The notes under the pieces: model-generated
The model's database searches: none
What the model saw: only the letters and a program-made list of their open reading frames with translations
What the model was told of the DNA's origin: nothing
Shown here: positions 28,703 through 41,196 of the stretch, in pieces
How positions within the stretch are numbered: the first letter of the stretch is position 1
How the letters are laid out: each line of letters begins with the position of its first letter
Program-made: the position numbers and the translations under genes
Assembly (NCBI GenBank): GCA_963807165.1
Contig: CAWDZM010000001.1
Location: forward strand, 289,521-353,520
DNA: 64,000 nucleotides
Direction of reading: 5' to 3'
Source of the DNA: an uncultured bacterium
GTDB taxonomy: Bacteria; Patescibacteriota; Minisyncoccia; UBA6257; 2-01-FULL-56-20

Positions 28703-29719
28703 CACCTCCACCACATCCCCATCTGCAACGACGTATTCCTTTCCTTCCACGCGCAGCCAGCCTTTCTGCTTCGCTTTGCTCCAGCCGCCGGCTTCCAATA
28801 ATTTGTCGGTAGCGATTGCCTCCAACCGGATGAACTTGCTCTCGAAGTCGGTGTGGATGACGCCCGACGCTTGCGGCGCCTTCATGCCGCGCTCGATGGT
28901 CCACGCACGCGTCTCGTCCTCGCCGGTCGTAAAGAAGCTGATGAGGTCGAGCGTGTGATACGCTTTTTTTACGAGCTGAGCGATGCCCTGCGCGGCGGCA
29001 TCCTCCGACGCCAGGTCCACAACGAGATAATCCGCACCAAGCGACGCGATCTTATCTATCAATTCCCTTGATACGTCTGACTCTTTTCCGTTGATAAGAT
29101 AGAGTTGGCGTTTGATGGTCAGCAATCGCAGATCATTCAACCGCGGCTCGCTCTTTATCGCATTCGAAAGATCCGAGTCGCTCACCGGCAAGACGCCTTC
29201 TTCAAGCGACTTCTTCAACCGCAATAATATTTCTTTATCCAACAACGCCTCTTTCTTTCCCGAGCGCGCTTCCGCCTCAGTGCGCACCAATCGCTTATCT
29301 ACCGCCGCCAAATCTTTCAACATCAGTTCCAAATTGATCACATCAATGTCGCGTACCGGATCAACGGAATTGTCCACGTGGATGATGTCGGGGTTCTCGA
29401 ACGCGCGGACCACCATCACGATCGCCTGGGTCAGCTGGATGTCATCCAAGAATGCGTTGCCCAATCCCTCGCCCTTGTTCGCTCCCTTTACCAAACCGGC
29501 GATATCAAAAAATTCCACGACTGCGGGGATCTTCTTTTTTGATTTGCTCAGTTCGTTCAGTTTTTCCAGGCGCTCGTCCGGAACGGCAACGACGCCCACG
29601 TTCGGGTCGATCGTCGCGAACGGATAGTTCGCGATCGTAATGTTCTGCTTGGTGATCAAATGAAACAGCGTGGACTTGCCCACGTTCGGAAGCCCGACGA
29701 TGCCGATGGAGAGTTTCAT
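28691..29719 (-). CDS. ychF: Ribosome-binding ATPase YchF
   Basis: GIVGLPNVGKST, NYPFATIDPN, DIAGLVKGA, EGKEYVVADGD. Confidence 0.96.
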   Translation of the reverse strand: MKLSIGIVGLPNVGKSTLFHLITKQNITIANYPFATIDPNVGVVAVPDERLEKLNELSKSKKKIPAVVEFFDIAGLVKGANKGEGLGNAFLDDIQLTQAIVMVVRAFENPDIIHVDNSVDPVRDIDVINLELMLKDLAAVDKRLVRTEAEARSGKKEALLDKEILLRLKKSLEEGVLPVSDSDLSNAIKSEPRLNDLRLLTIKRQLYLINGKESDVSRELIDKIASLGADYLVVDLASEDAAAQGIAQLVKKAYHTLDLISFFTTGEDETRAWTIERGMKAPQASGVIHTDFESKFIRLEAIATDKLLEAGGWSKAKQKGWLRVEGKEYVVADGDVVEVRHG

Positions 29720-29760
29720 ATTATGAATAACTATGTCGTGTTTTCGGAGAAAATTCAATC

Positions 29761-29789
29761 TTGACATTTTATTAAAAAACTTATACGAT
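29761..29789 (+). promoter_or_regulatory. Sigma70 promoter of the two-gene cassette
   Basis: TTGACA-N17-TACGAT; AAGGAG SD at 29820-29825. Confidence 0.7.
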
Positions 29790-29831
29790 TTATTCGCATT
29801 ATCATCCAGCACCTTCACAAAGGAGATCGCA

Positions 29832-30332
29832 ATGGAATTGAACACTGACAATCGCGCGGCCAAGGCGGGAATTGGCTTAGCCATTCTCTTCGTAGTGGCC
29901 CTCTTCGCCCTGCTCATCTTCCGCATCATGTTCGTCAACTTCGTAGACAACTATGAGCTCGGCTACAAATTCGACGCACGCACCGGCCAAATCGAGATCC
30001 TCAAGCAACAGGGATACATCGTCACTCCTCCGTTTCTCGTGACGGTTCACACCGTGGACCTTCGCCCGATGCAGGTCTGCATCAACGCCAATGCCCGCGT
30101 TCTCAACTGCAAGCTGGTCAAATTCAACCCTGACGGCCTGCAGAAGTTCCTCGCATGGCACGGCCGCGCTGACTACACGAACGACGGTACACAGGATACA
30201 CCATCCAACTTCAACAAGATCATGATGAGCTACGCGTTCGACGGCAGCGGCAATACCTACCCGTTTCTGACCATTCTCCGGGAATTGAAACCCGAAGACC
30301 GGCCAGAACTCGAACAGGAGATCAAGAAGTGA
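29832..30332 (+). CDS. Membrane-anchored protein A with an SPFH-like N-terminal subdomain
   Basis: N-terminal TM; TPPF...VDLRPMQVCI...CKLVKFNP; paralog of the next gene. Confidence 0.7.
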   Translation: MELNTDNRAAKAGIGLAILFVVALFALLIFRIMFVNFVDNYELGYKFDARTGQIEILKQQGYIVTPPFLVTVHTVDLRPMQVCINANARVLNCKLVKFNPDGLQKFLAWHGRADYTNDGTQDTPSNFNKIMMSYAFDGSGNTYPFLTILRELKPEDRPELEQEIKK

Positions 30333-30778
30333 GAAAGAAACTCTCGCTCTTCAGCACGGCCATCTTCGGCCTGCTGGCACTCTGCTATCTGTTCTGCTTT
30401 CACTACACGGAGGCATATCAGATCGGGATCAGGTGGAACTGGCTCACAGGCGAGTTGCAGAGCGATACCCACTCCGGGTTTCACTTCACTCCTCCTTGGG
30501 TACAGGTCGCACGGATCGACACACGGCCCGTCCGCGTTTGCATCACTTCGGCAAGTCGCGGCTTTAGCTGCAAGCTCGTGCAGTTCAACCCCGACGAATA
30601 TAAAACATTCATCGCCGTGCAGGGCTTCCACTATTACTGGTGGGCCAATCGCTTTTCCTTCAACTCGGGATACAGCGAGGAATACCGCGGAATGAAAGAC
30701 ATCATGCGCGGCTATGCCTACAGTTCGAAGCAATATCCCTTCATCGCCGTACTCCGCGAGTACAAGGATGCACCGTGA
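30329..30778 (+). CDS. Membrane-anchored protein B, paralog of A
   Basis: GTGA overlap; TPPW...IDTRPVRVCI...CKLVQFNP...GYAY...YPF. Confidence 0.7.
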   Translation: MRKKLSLFSTAIFGLLALCYLFCFHYTEAYQIGIRWNWLTGELQSDTHSGFHFTPPWVQVARIDTRPVRVCITSASRGFSCKLVQFNPDEYKTFIAVQGFHYYWWANRFSFNSGYSEEYRGMKDIMRGYAYSSKQYPFIAVLREYKDAP

Positions 30779-30800
30779 TCAATCTCTATCTTCTACTATT

Positions 30801-30830
30801 CGGCTGCCGTGAAATATCGGCAGCCGTTTT
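30801..30830 (+). terminator. Intrinsic terminator
   Basis: cggctgccg-tgaaatat-cggcagccg-tttt. Confidence 0.75.
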
Positions 30831-30850
30831 CTATTCTATAGATTATTACC

Positions 30851-31711
30851 CTACTGCGCCGTGCTTGTCGACATATATGACGGCAATGCGGTGAGATCGA
30901 TTGCCGATGTGCCGTCCTTCTGGATGATAAACGTAAACCCGAATGGATCCACCGGTACGGATGGGATGATCCCCTTTGCTACGAGCTCGTCAGTGGACGT
31001 CGGGAAAACGCCAAACTCTTTTTTGTATATCGCGGACGCGGCATCGAGATAATCAAAATCCTGCAAGTGGTCGATGTACGCCTGTGCGCGTGCCTGCACC
31101 TCCGGATCGTTCGTGGAATCTTTGATCGTCTCCCACAGCTGTTCGGTCTTTTGTCGCTGGTTGGTCTCAATGCCAAAATTCAGCGAGAACCGCTCGGCGT
31201 AACCGGGGATGCCCGGCGTCTCCGCGGCAAGGTTATAATACTTCGCCGCCTCCACATCGTCCTTCGCATAAAGAAATTCATTCGTCGCCATGTAGTACGG
31301 AATCCGCCAATCGGTATCGCCATTCGCGATCCCCTGCACGCCGATCGCATAAGCCTGCGCGACCGCCTGCGGATCATCCTCTGCCGGCACCGCGGGCAAC
31401 GTAAGCACTGCGAATGCGTATGGATAGCTCATCTTCGGATCGACGGCGTTCACAAACGCAAGGTCGGGAAAGAACTCTGTTTTTTTATTAAATAAATCTA
31501 AAATCTCCGGCATCGTCGTTGCCCACAAGAATGACGCGACCGCGGGATGGAATCCCATATCAATGAGCCGCACCATAAACGGCGACGCAGTCTGCGTGGT
31601 CGACGCGGGCAGAGTGATCTTCGTCGCATCATATTCGAACTGCAGAAGCGCCACGAGCGCGAGCAACAATCCCAACACCACTATTTTTGTGTAGCCGTTC
31701 AGCCGCGCCAT
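30851..31711 (-). CDS. Membrane-anchored helical-repeat protein, type IV pilus ABC-exporter accessory-like
   Basis: N-terminal TM, DP....Y, W.IPYY TPR-like segment, C-terminal P....LV..G..P.DPFG. Confidence 0.6.
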   Translation of the reverse strand: MARLNGYTKIVVLGLLLALVALLQFEYDATKITLPASTTQTASPFMVRLIDMGFHPAVASFLWATTMPEILDLFNKKTEFFPDLAFVNAVDPKMSYPYAFAVLTLPAVPAEDDPQAVAQAYAIGVQGIANGDTDWRIPYYMATNEFLYAKDDVEAAKYYNLAAETPGIPGYAERFSLNFGIETNQRQKTEQLWETIKDSTNDPEVQARAQAYIDHLQDFDYLDAASAIYKKEFGVFPTSTDELVAKGIIPSVPVDPFGFTFIIQKDGTSAIDLTALPSYMSTSTAQ

Positions 31712-32476
31712 TTATATTTCCTTCTTATCAAATATCCACACTGCGGCGGTAAGAAGAAGAATGATGTACACCACGGCGTACGCAACGGCGAGGCCGAACG
31801 AGATCCATGGCGTGGCGACCGCGTGGATCGCAAAATTTCGCGCGTCGAACTTTTCCAGGTTTGGGAATACGTAATAGAGGATTTCCACGAACAGTAATTT
31901 GATGCCGCCCAGATTGATCGCTTTCGCATCGGCGACGAGCTGGCTCACGATATGGCCAAGGAAGAACACGCCGGAGGTATAGACGATGGAAAGCAACGAA
32001 CTGCTGAATGTGGAGACAAAGATCGCGAACGCGAGGAAGAGTGCCATCTCCAGGAATTGCATCGCGATGGCCGCAAGCCCGATCCAATCGAACCCCGCGT
32101 GCTCAAAAAGCACAACGCCTGCATACGCCGCGCCAAGAATCGCACTCGTAAGCAGGAGCACCATGCACAGCCCGAAGAATTTTCCCAACAGGAACTGCAT
32201 GCGCGACACCGGCTTGGAGAGAATAAAGTAGACCACTTTGCGATCCACATCTTTAAAAAATGACGTCGTCCCGAGGAACAGCGCGATGATCGCGTTAAAG
32301 AAATAGATGCCCGTCAAGCCGAACGCCTTGATCATCGTCGGCTCTTTGAGTACCAGATCGGCAAGGAACAGCATAAAGAAAATATAGAGCAGGCCGAACA
32401 CGATGATGCCGTAGAGGATCTTGTCGCGAATCTCGAGTGTGAGGGTATTTTTTGCGATGATGAAGATATTTTTCAT
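31712..32476 (-). CDS. ABC-2 type permease (PilI-like)
   Basis: IAKNT...RDKI, LSKPVSR..FLLGKF.G, 6 TMs, FDKKEI. Confidence 0.8.
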   Translation of the reverse strand: MKNIFIIAKNTLTLEIRDKILYGIIVFGLLYIFFMLFLADLVLKEPTMIKAFGLTGIYFFNAIIALFLGTTSFFKDVDRKVVYFILSKPVSRMQFLLGKFFGLCMVLLLTSAILGAAYAGVVLFEHAGFDWIGLAAIAMQFLEMALFLAFAIFVSTFSSSLLSIVYTSGVFFLGHIVSQLVADAKAINLGGIKLLFVEILYYVFPNLEKFDARNFAIHAVATPWISFGLAVAYAVVYIILLLTAAVWIFDKKEI

Positions 32477-32480
32477 ATTA

Positions 32481-33233
32481 TTATGCGATAGCAGGCGCGG
32501 CAGAATGTTCCGCCGCTTCGTGTGCCTCGACGACCTCCATAAATCGCTCCTCGAGCGGCTTACCCGCGCAGAAAGCTTTTACCGATCCGGCATAAAGCAA
32601 TTTCCCGTGATGAATGATCCCTACTTCATCACATATCTCTTCCACGTCGGCAAGAATATGCGTATTGAGAAAAACCTTCCGGCCTTCGTGCTTAAGATCA
32701 AGCATCACCTCTTTCATTTCGCGGCGGCCGATCGGATCAAGGCCGTCGAGCGGCTCGTCTAAAAATAAATACTCCGGATCATTGACGAGTGATTGTGCAA
32801 AGCCGAGGCGCTGGCGCATACCCTTGGAGTATGTGCGGATCTCCGCATTGCGCGCGCCGAAGATGCCCACCTTTTTTAAAATTTCCTCGTAATGCGTCCG
32901 CCGCGCCGCCGGACTCGCACCGCTGTTATTGTTATCAAACAGCTCGTCACAAAATCGCAAAAATTCCATGCCGGTCATGCGCTCGTAGAAGTACGGCGTC
33001 TCCGGCATGTAGCCCAGCTTCTTCTTGAAAATCGGATGCGACGAGAGCGCCCCGTCGATCGTGATCGTGCCGCTTGTGGGCGCAAGCAGGCCCACGATCA
33101 TCTTCATGATCGTCGTCTTCCCCGCACCGTTCTGCCCCAAAAACCCAAAGATCGGCACATCCACGGAAAGGGTGAAGTCGTCCACGACCACCCGTTTTTT
33201 ATAGGCCTTCGTTAAATGCGAGAAATCCACCAT
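32481..33233 (-). CDS. ABC transporter ATP-binding subunit (PilH-like)
   Basis: GQNGAGKTT, YSKGMRQR, LDEPLDGLDP. Confidence 0.9.
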   Translation of the reverse strand: MVDFSHLTKAYKKRVVVDDFTLSVDVPIFGFLGQNGAGKTTIMKMIVGLLAPTSGTITIDGALSSHPIFKKKLGYMPETPYFYERMTGMEFLRFCDELFDNNNSGASPAARRTHYEEILKKVGIFGARNAEIRTYSKGMRQRLGFAQSLVNDPEYLFLDEPLDGLDPIGRREMKEVMLDLKHEGRKVFLNTHILADVEEICDEVGIIHHGKLLYAGSVKAFCAGKPLEERFMEVVEAHEAAEHSAAPAIA

Positions 33234-33274
33234 AGGGAGATTATAGCAAGAAAAACCAACTCTGAAAAAGCCTC

Positions 33275-34045
33275 CTAGCTATATTCCACCGGCACACTCT
33301 CAAACTTGTTTTTGGTAACAATGACATGATCCAATAAGCTGATGCCGAGGATCTTCCCCGCTTCCACGATCTGGCGCGTGATCGCGATGTCCGCGTCGCT
33401 CGGCTTCGCCACGCCGGAGGGATGGTTGTGCGCGAGGATCACCGCCGATGCGGAATACTCGAGCGCCGGACGAAACACTTCGCGCGGATGGATAATGTTC
33501 GACGTCAGTGTGCCGATGGAAACGACCTCGTCGTGGATCAATTGGTAGTGCGCATCCAAATATAATCCGCGCAAGTGCTCCTTTGGTAAATCCTGCATAT
33601 CTTTAAGGTACGCGTAGACTTGGCTCGCAGTGCGAATAGTAATCGGCTTCTTGCCGGACTGATCCTTAAAAAACCGGCGGCCAAGCTCGAAACACGCAAC
33701 AACCTGACACGCCTTGCCGAGCGGGATATCGAGCAGTTCGGAGATCTTCGCCGGATCCTTTTGGTTGACGATCGCGCTATCGCCATACTCTTTTAATAAC
33801 CGATGAGACATAGTGAGTACTTCTTCCTTCTTTGTTCCGACATTCAGCACCACCGCAAAGAGTTCAGCGAGCGAGAGCACTGACGGGCCATACTTCACCA
33901 GCTTCTCACGCGGCTTCTCGTTGGCGGGAAGGTCACGGAGTTTTAGAACATAGTGTTTCTCTTTTTCGCTGTCGTTATCGAGGACGAGATCGCCCGACGA
34001 CGCCTGAAGATAGATTTTTTTGGAGGCCATAGTGGTTTGATTCAT
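33275..34045 (-). CDS. radC: RadC/JAB-domain protein
   Basis: KPREKL, VHPREVF-like IHPREVF, AHNHPSG...SDAD, LLDHVIV. Confidence 0.92.
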   Translation of the reverse strand: MNQTTMASKKIYLQASSGDLVLDNDSEKEKHYVLKLRDLPANEKPREKLVKYGPSVLSLAELFAVVLNVGTKKEEVLTMSHRLLKEYGDSAIVNQKDPAKISELLDIPLGKACQVVACFELGRRFFKDQSGKKPITIRTASQVYAYLKDMQDLPKEHLRGLYLDAHYQLIHDEVVSIGTLTSNIIHPREVFRPALEYSASAVILAHNHPSGVAKPSDADIAITRQIVEAGKILGISLLDHVIVTKNKFESVPVEYS

Positions 34046-35067
34046 GAGTTAATTATAGCAGAAATGTCTTGGGGCGGGCTGGCGGAAGGATGCACTGCCT
34101 GCCCGACGGAGGGCGGTGCGGCGAGCGGCAAAGATACGATGAACCGGCTCCCCTTACCAACGTCGCTTTCCGCGACGATCTTTCCACCGTGCGCCTCCAC
34201 AATCTCCTGGCAAATATTAAGGCCTATGCCGTGGCTTGGCTCAACGGGTTGGACGCTTGCAGCAGAGCTATCACCATCAGCAAAAGCAATCGGGTGATGC
34301 GCTATCCGATAGAACCGCTCAAAGATGTGCGGCAGAGCATCCGGCGCGATCCCACGACCCGAGTCCTCTACCGTGACCAACGCGGCAGCGGTAGCCCGCT
34401 CTGTCCGCAAAACGATAGCGCCGCCGCGCGGCGTGTGCTTGAGCGCATTGCTGATGAGGTTCAAAAATACTTCTCTCAATCTATCCCGGTCAGCATATAC
34501 GATCATAGTATCCATACCGTCGCTTTTTGAATTGATATCTCTATCGAGCGAAAGACGAATGCCTCTGTCTTCGGCAAGAAGCTGGCAATCCTCGCATATT
34601 TCAAGGAGTAGAACATCCAACGCAACGGGCGTTTTGTTTAATATTTTTTTAGAAAATTTTAACTTTGCGCCCTCGAGGACGTTACCGATCATACGCGACA
34701 TACCGTCGAGTGTTGCCACGATCACCCGCTCCGCGCGTTCACGTTCTGCTTCCGCAATATTCTTTCGCTGGAGCAGCTCCACATTGCCACGCAGGATGGC
34801 AATCGGCGTTTGAAGCTCGTGGGAAATATTAGTGATAAATTCTGCGTGGAGATCCCGCTCGCCGCGTGAGAATATGGCATCGGTGGCGCAGTCAAAGAAT
34901 CGCTTGCATGGCGCAAACGAAAGCGCCCCGATGATCGCGGCTAAAATATCAACGACCTCGTCATTGGGGTATAAATATTTTTCAGTGACGAACTCGACAG
35001 TGAAAAATATGGCCGCGATCGCGGTGATCGATAGAAAGTAGGATATGGTGCGGACGCGCATTCTCAC
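34042..35067 (-). CDS. Sensor histidine kinase with a very short sensor region
   Basis: SHELQTP H-box, NLISNALK, DSGRGI, FERFYR, GIGL; 2 TMs. Confidence 0.85.
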   Translation of the reverse strand: MRMRVRTISYFLSITAIAAIFFTVEFVTEKYLYPNDEVVDILAAIIGALSFAPCKRFFDCATDAIFSRGERDLHAEFITNISHELQTPIAILRGNVELLQRKNIAEAERERAERVIVATLDGMSRMIGNVLEGAKLKFSKKILNKTPVALDVLLLEICEDCQLLAEDRGIRLSLDRDINSKSDGMDTMIVYADRDRLREVFLNLISNALKHTPRGGAIVLRTERATAAALVTVEDSGRGIAPDALPHIFERFYRIAHHPIAFADGDSSAASVQPVEPSHGIGLNICQEIVEAHGGKIVAESDVGKGSRFIVSLPLAAPPSVGQAVHPSASPPQDISAIINS

Positions 35068-35107
35068 TTCCCCACCATACCAAAACGGTGTATAAAGAAA
35101 AGATAAA

Positions 35108-35188
35108 GACGCAATAAGACAAGCCCCTCCTTTTTCACCGTTGATTATTATTACTAGGTGAAAAAGGAGGGGCTTGTCTTATTGCGTC
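35108..35188. repeat. Perfect 32-bp inverted repeat containing the oxidoreductase stop codon
   Basis: gacgcaataagacaagcccctcctttttcacc (35108-35139) / reverse complement (35157-35188). Confidence 0.9.
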
Positions 35189-36840
35189 GCCTGGATGTGG
35201 TCCTCGCTGTATTTCAGGCTTCCGCCCACCTTTTTGCCCGGATTGAAGATATTCAGCGGATCGAAAATCTTCTTCGTCTCTATAAATAGCTGTTCAATCT
35301 TCGCCCCATACATTTCTTCTAGATATGGCGTGCGAATCAGGCCGTCGTTATGTTCCGCCGTGATCGAGCCTTTATATTGGAACACCAGCCGATAGACTTC
35401 CTCGGAAATCTTTGGGATCAATGCCTTTACGCGGGGATCCTTTAGATTCATCAACGGAATGATATGAAAGTTGCCATTGCCGGGATGGCCGGCGATGGTA
35501 TAGATCAAATCCTTTTTATATTTATCCAGGATCGCATTCACTTTTGGCAATACCTCCGGCATATATTCCGGCTTAACGATGAAGTCGTCAATGAACGGCG
35601 CAGTATCCAAGCCGGTCGTATTGTTATGGAGCAGGGCAAAGCTTTGTCGGCGAATTGTCCAATACTTCCCCTCTGCCTTCTCATTATGCAAGGGATGAAC
35701 GCGAATGCCCTTATGCGTCTTCGCAAACGTGCGAATATCCGCGGCAAGCGCGACAAGCTGTGTATCGAGTTCCTTCTCATCATTGCCGGTCAATTCCACA
35801 AGCATAATCATCTTCGGCATGCCGCCGCTCAATACCATCCACGCTTCGGGAATAAACTGGAATCCCAGCGTAAAAATATTGCCTTCCATCGATTTCATCA
35901 CTTGACGCCAGAGCTTCATCGCAAATCCGATGGTTTTATCATCATATGACTCGATGCTTTCCGGGTGGAACGGCAAAATATTTTCCACGAGCTCTGCCAC
36001 CGGCACAAGATCCTTCAAGAACACAACGCAGAGACGCGAATGTTTTTTGATCGGCACCAACTTGATCTTCGCCTCGGTAAGCATGCCGAACGTCCCCTGC
36101 GAACCGACGATCACTTTAGTGATATCGAACACACCGGTCGTGCGATCCCATACATTCCATAAATAATATCCCGCGGAATTTTTGGAGACGTCCGGCTTGG
36201 CAGCTTTGATGATATCGTAGTTGTCGTCGACAAGCTTATAGAGCTTGCGGTACAGTTCACCTTCAAAACTCTGTTCGGCAAGTTTTGCCTTAAGCGTATC
36301 ACCCGCGAGCGGCTGCAGGGTGTGCTCTTCTCCGTCGGCGAGTACGATCTTGACCGCTTGCACGTAATCCTCCGTTTTTCCGTATGCGAGCGTCTTTTCG
36401 CCGCCGGAATTGTTATTAATCATTCCACCCAGCGCACAAAGATCTTTCGATGCGGGGTATGGCGGATACAATAATTCCTTCTCGGTCAGCGCCTTCTCAA
36501 AATCGCGGAAGTAAACACCGGGCTGAACCTTTGCCTCGTCCGCGCCGATCTCTATAATATGATTGAAATATTTTGTGAACGAAACAATAATCCCCTGATT
36601 AAGCGGCCCGCCCGTCATATCCGTTCCTGCGGAACGGCCGGTGAGTGACATATCCTCCCCCGCCGCTTTTTTCTGCGCGACGAGCTTTACCAGATTTTTT
36701 ATATCGTCCACATCTTTTGGAAACACCACCACCTGTGGCCGGACTTTGAACAGCGAATAGTCGCGGCTATATTTTGTAAGCGTGGCATCGTCCACTGCAA
36801 CATCCCCGTGGAAAAACTGTTTTATTTCGTCGGCGATCAT
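35179..36840 (-). CDS. FAD-linked oxidase (D-lactate dehydrogenase/GlcD-like)
   Basis: RSAGTDMTGG, GGMINNNSGG, GSQGTFG, GH.G.GN.H, EHNDG, FDPLNIFNPGK. Confidence 0.88.
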   Translation of the reverse strand: MIADEIKQFFHGDVAVDDATLTKYSRDYSLFKVRPQVVVFPKDVDDIKNLVKLVAQKKAAGEDMSLTGRSAGTDMTGGPLNQGIIVSFTKYFNHIIEIGADEAKVQPGVYFRDFEKALTEKELLYPPYPASKDLCALGGMINNNSGGEKTLAYGKTEDYVQAVKIVLADGEEHTLQPLAGDTLKAKLAEQSFEGELYRKLYKLVDDNYDIIKAAKPDVSKNSAGYYLWNVWDRTTGVFDITKVIVGSQGTFGMLTEAKIKLVPIKKHSRLCVVFLKDLVPVAELVENILPFHPESIESYDDKTIGFAMKLWRQVMKSMEGNIFTLGFQFIPEAWMVLSGGMPKMIMLVELTGNDEKELDTQLVALAADIRTFAKTHKGIRVHPLHNEKAEGKYWTIRRQSFALLHNNTTGLDTAPFIDDFIVKPEYMPEVLPKVNAILDKYKKDLIYTIAGHPGNGNFHIIPLMNLKDPRVKALIPKISEEVYRLVFQYKGSITAEHNDGLIRTPYLEEMYGAKIEQLFIETKKIFDPLNIFNPGKKVGGSLKYSEDHIQATQ

Positions 36841-36866
36841 ACTATTAATAATACCATGCGCGCGTA

Positions 36867-38171
36867 TCAGTGAAACGTGGCAACGCGACGCAACGCCCGA
36901 TGATAGCCAATCGCGAACCGATGCGCCTCGTCACGCACTTTAATGAGCGTCGCTTTTTGCACGCCCTTCGGTATGAGGCCGATGATATCATTGCGATCGC
37001 GGCGCGGGCCCTTCGCGATACCAACGATAGGGATCTTTATACCGGCGCGGAGCAAAACGCGCCGCGCGGTGTTCACTTGCGCCAAGCCGCCGTCGATGAG
37101 CACAAGGTCGGGCATCGGCCAGCGGTTTTTTATCGAAGCGGCGCCATCCATCGGAGCCTCGTGCGCAAAGCGCCGCTCTAATACTTCCTTCAGCATGCCG
37201 ACATCGTTCGGCTGGAAGATACTTTTAATCTTAAACTTGCGATACTCACTCTTGTTGGGCTCGCCATCCTCGAAGACCACCATTGATCCGACGGCACTCG
37301 TACCAGAGATGTTCGAGATATCATAGCCCTCGATGCGATAGCCGGCGCGGAGCGTCGTGCCAACGCCAACCGCGCCCCGCGCCCCCGGCGCCACCAACGC
37401 ATCAGTGTCGGAGATGAGCGCCGTATCGCGAATATGCCGGAGTGCGAACATCTGCCGCCGCAACGTCTCCGCCCGTTCAAACTCCTGCTTCTTGCTCGCC
37501 GCCTTCATATCTTTTTCGATCGCGCGGATGATACGCGCCTTCTTGCCGCCAAAAAATAGCGCGAGCCGATCGATGTTTTTCATATAATCATCGTGCGTGA
37601 TCGCGCCAACGCACGTGCCCGGGCATAATCCGATCTCGTAGTTAAAACAAGGTCGCTTCATCCGGCCGATCTCATCCGCATCGTGAGTATTCCATGGAAA
37701 TATTTTACGCAAAATGCGCAACGCCTCACGCGCGCTCGAGGCGGATGTGAACGGGCCGAAGCGTTTGCCCTGCACAACGCCCCCGCCAGCACTTGCAACG
37801 CCGCGACCCTCTGCCACCCCACTCCCGCGCACAAGCAACACCCGCGGGAACTTTTCGCGCGTGATCTCAAAGTATAAAAAACTCTTGTCATCTTTTTCAC
37901 GCACATTGAACGGCGGCGTGATCGTTTTGATCAACTCCGCTTCGCGAATCAACGCCTCGAGCGCGGTATCTTTTTGTTCGAAATCGATCGTAGCGATCTT
38001 ACTCACCAGCGTCTGGATGCGCACATCGTGCGGGCGCTCGAAATAGCTCGACACGCGCCGCCGCAGATTGGCCGCCTTGCCGACATATAAAATATGGCCG
38101 GCTACGTCCTTCATGATATAGACGCCCGGCGTTTCAGGAAACTTTTTATATGGGACAGAAGTTTTTACCAT
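36867..38171 (-). CDS. uvrC: Excinuclease ABC subunit C (short, no C-terminal HhH domain)
   Basis: GIY-YIG PGVY..YVGKA, RIEGYDIS, PDLVLIDGG, RDEAHRFA. Confidence 0.9.
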   Translation of the reverse strand: MVKTSVPYKKFPETPGVYIMKDVAGHILYVGKAANLRRRVSSYFERPHDVRIQTLVSKIATIDFEQKDTALEALIREAELIKTITPPFNVREKDDKSFLYFEITREKFPRVLLVRGSGVAEGRGVASAGGGVVQGKRFGPFTSASSAREALRILRKIFPWNTHDADEIGRMKRPCFNYEIGLCPGTCVGAITHDDYMKNIDRLALFFGGKKARIIRAIEKDMKAASKKQEFERAETLRRQMFALRHIRDTALISDTDALVAPGARGAVGVGTTLRAGYRIEGYDISNISGTSAVGSMVVFEDGEPNKSEYRKFKIKSIFQPNDVGMLKEVLERRFAHEAPMDGAASIKNRWPMPDLVLIDGGLAQVNTARRVLLRAGIKIPIVGIAKGPRRDRNDIIGLIPKGVQKATLIKVRDEAHRFAIGYHRALRRVATFH

Positions 38172-38450
38172 CTAGTCCTGCAGTAACACATGCACCGCGC
38201 ACTTCTCAAGCATCGGCACCGCGCCCTCTATCTCCTCGTTGATATGCTCAAGCGGGATTGCCGCGCCACCGTTCTCAAACCGCAATTCATTTTCATAAAT
38301 ATAGGCAACCTTATGACCCTCCATATTATAAATAAAATTATTCTCAAAATAGCCGAGCTTTTGGCCGCCCTGATCCGTACGGACGTGATTGCCATCAATC
38401 CACGCGATCTTTTGCCCATCCCGCCATATCTTGTTTTCGAAGATTTTCAT
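38172..38450 (-). CDS. Small beta-repeat hypothetical protein
   Basis: Repeated G.K(I/L/V)(A/G)(W/Y) units; TATAAT 6 nt before the ATG. Confidence 0.65.
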   Translation of the reverse strand: MKIFENKIWRDGQKIAWIDGNHVRTDQGGQKLGYFENNFIYNMEGHKVAYIYENELRFENGGAAIPLEHINEEIEGAVPMLEKCAVHVLLQD

Positions 38451-38487
38451 AATATGATTATACCTTTTTTAATTAAAATTTAATCTT

Positions 38488-41076
<2,589 letters not shown>

Positions 41077-41196
41077 AAAGTTTTAATGTTTCTGTACGTT
41101 AGGCTTACCTCGCTAAATAGACAAAAATGCCCCACGCGTGGCTTATATAGGGATCTATGAGAGAAAGTTTAGCCCGCTTTATGGCGGAGGTCAACT

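Noticed and set aside
28691-29950. N-terminally extended starts in the ORF track (ychF, rpsP, efp, dnaK, 25966, 29733)
   Set aside because: Extensions cross promoters or neighbouring genes; conserved N-termini begin at downstream ATGs
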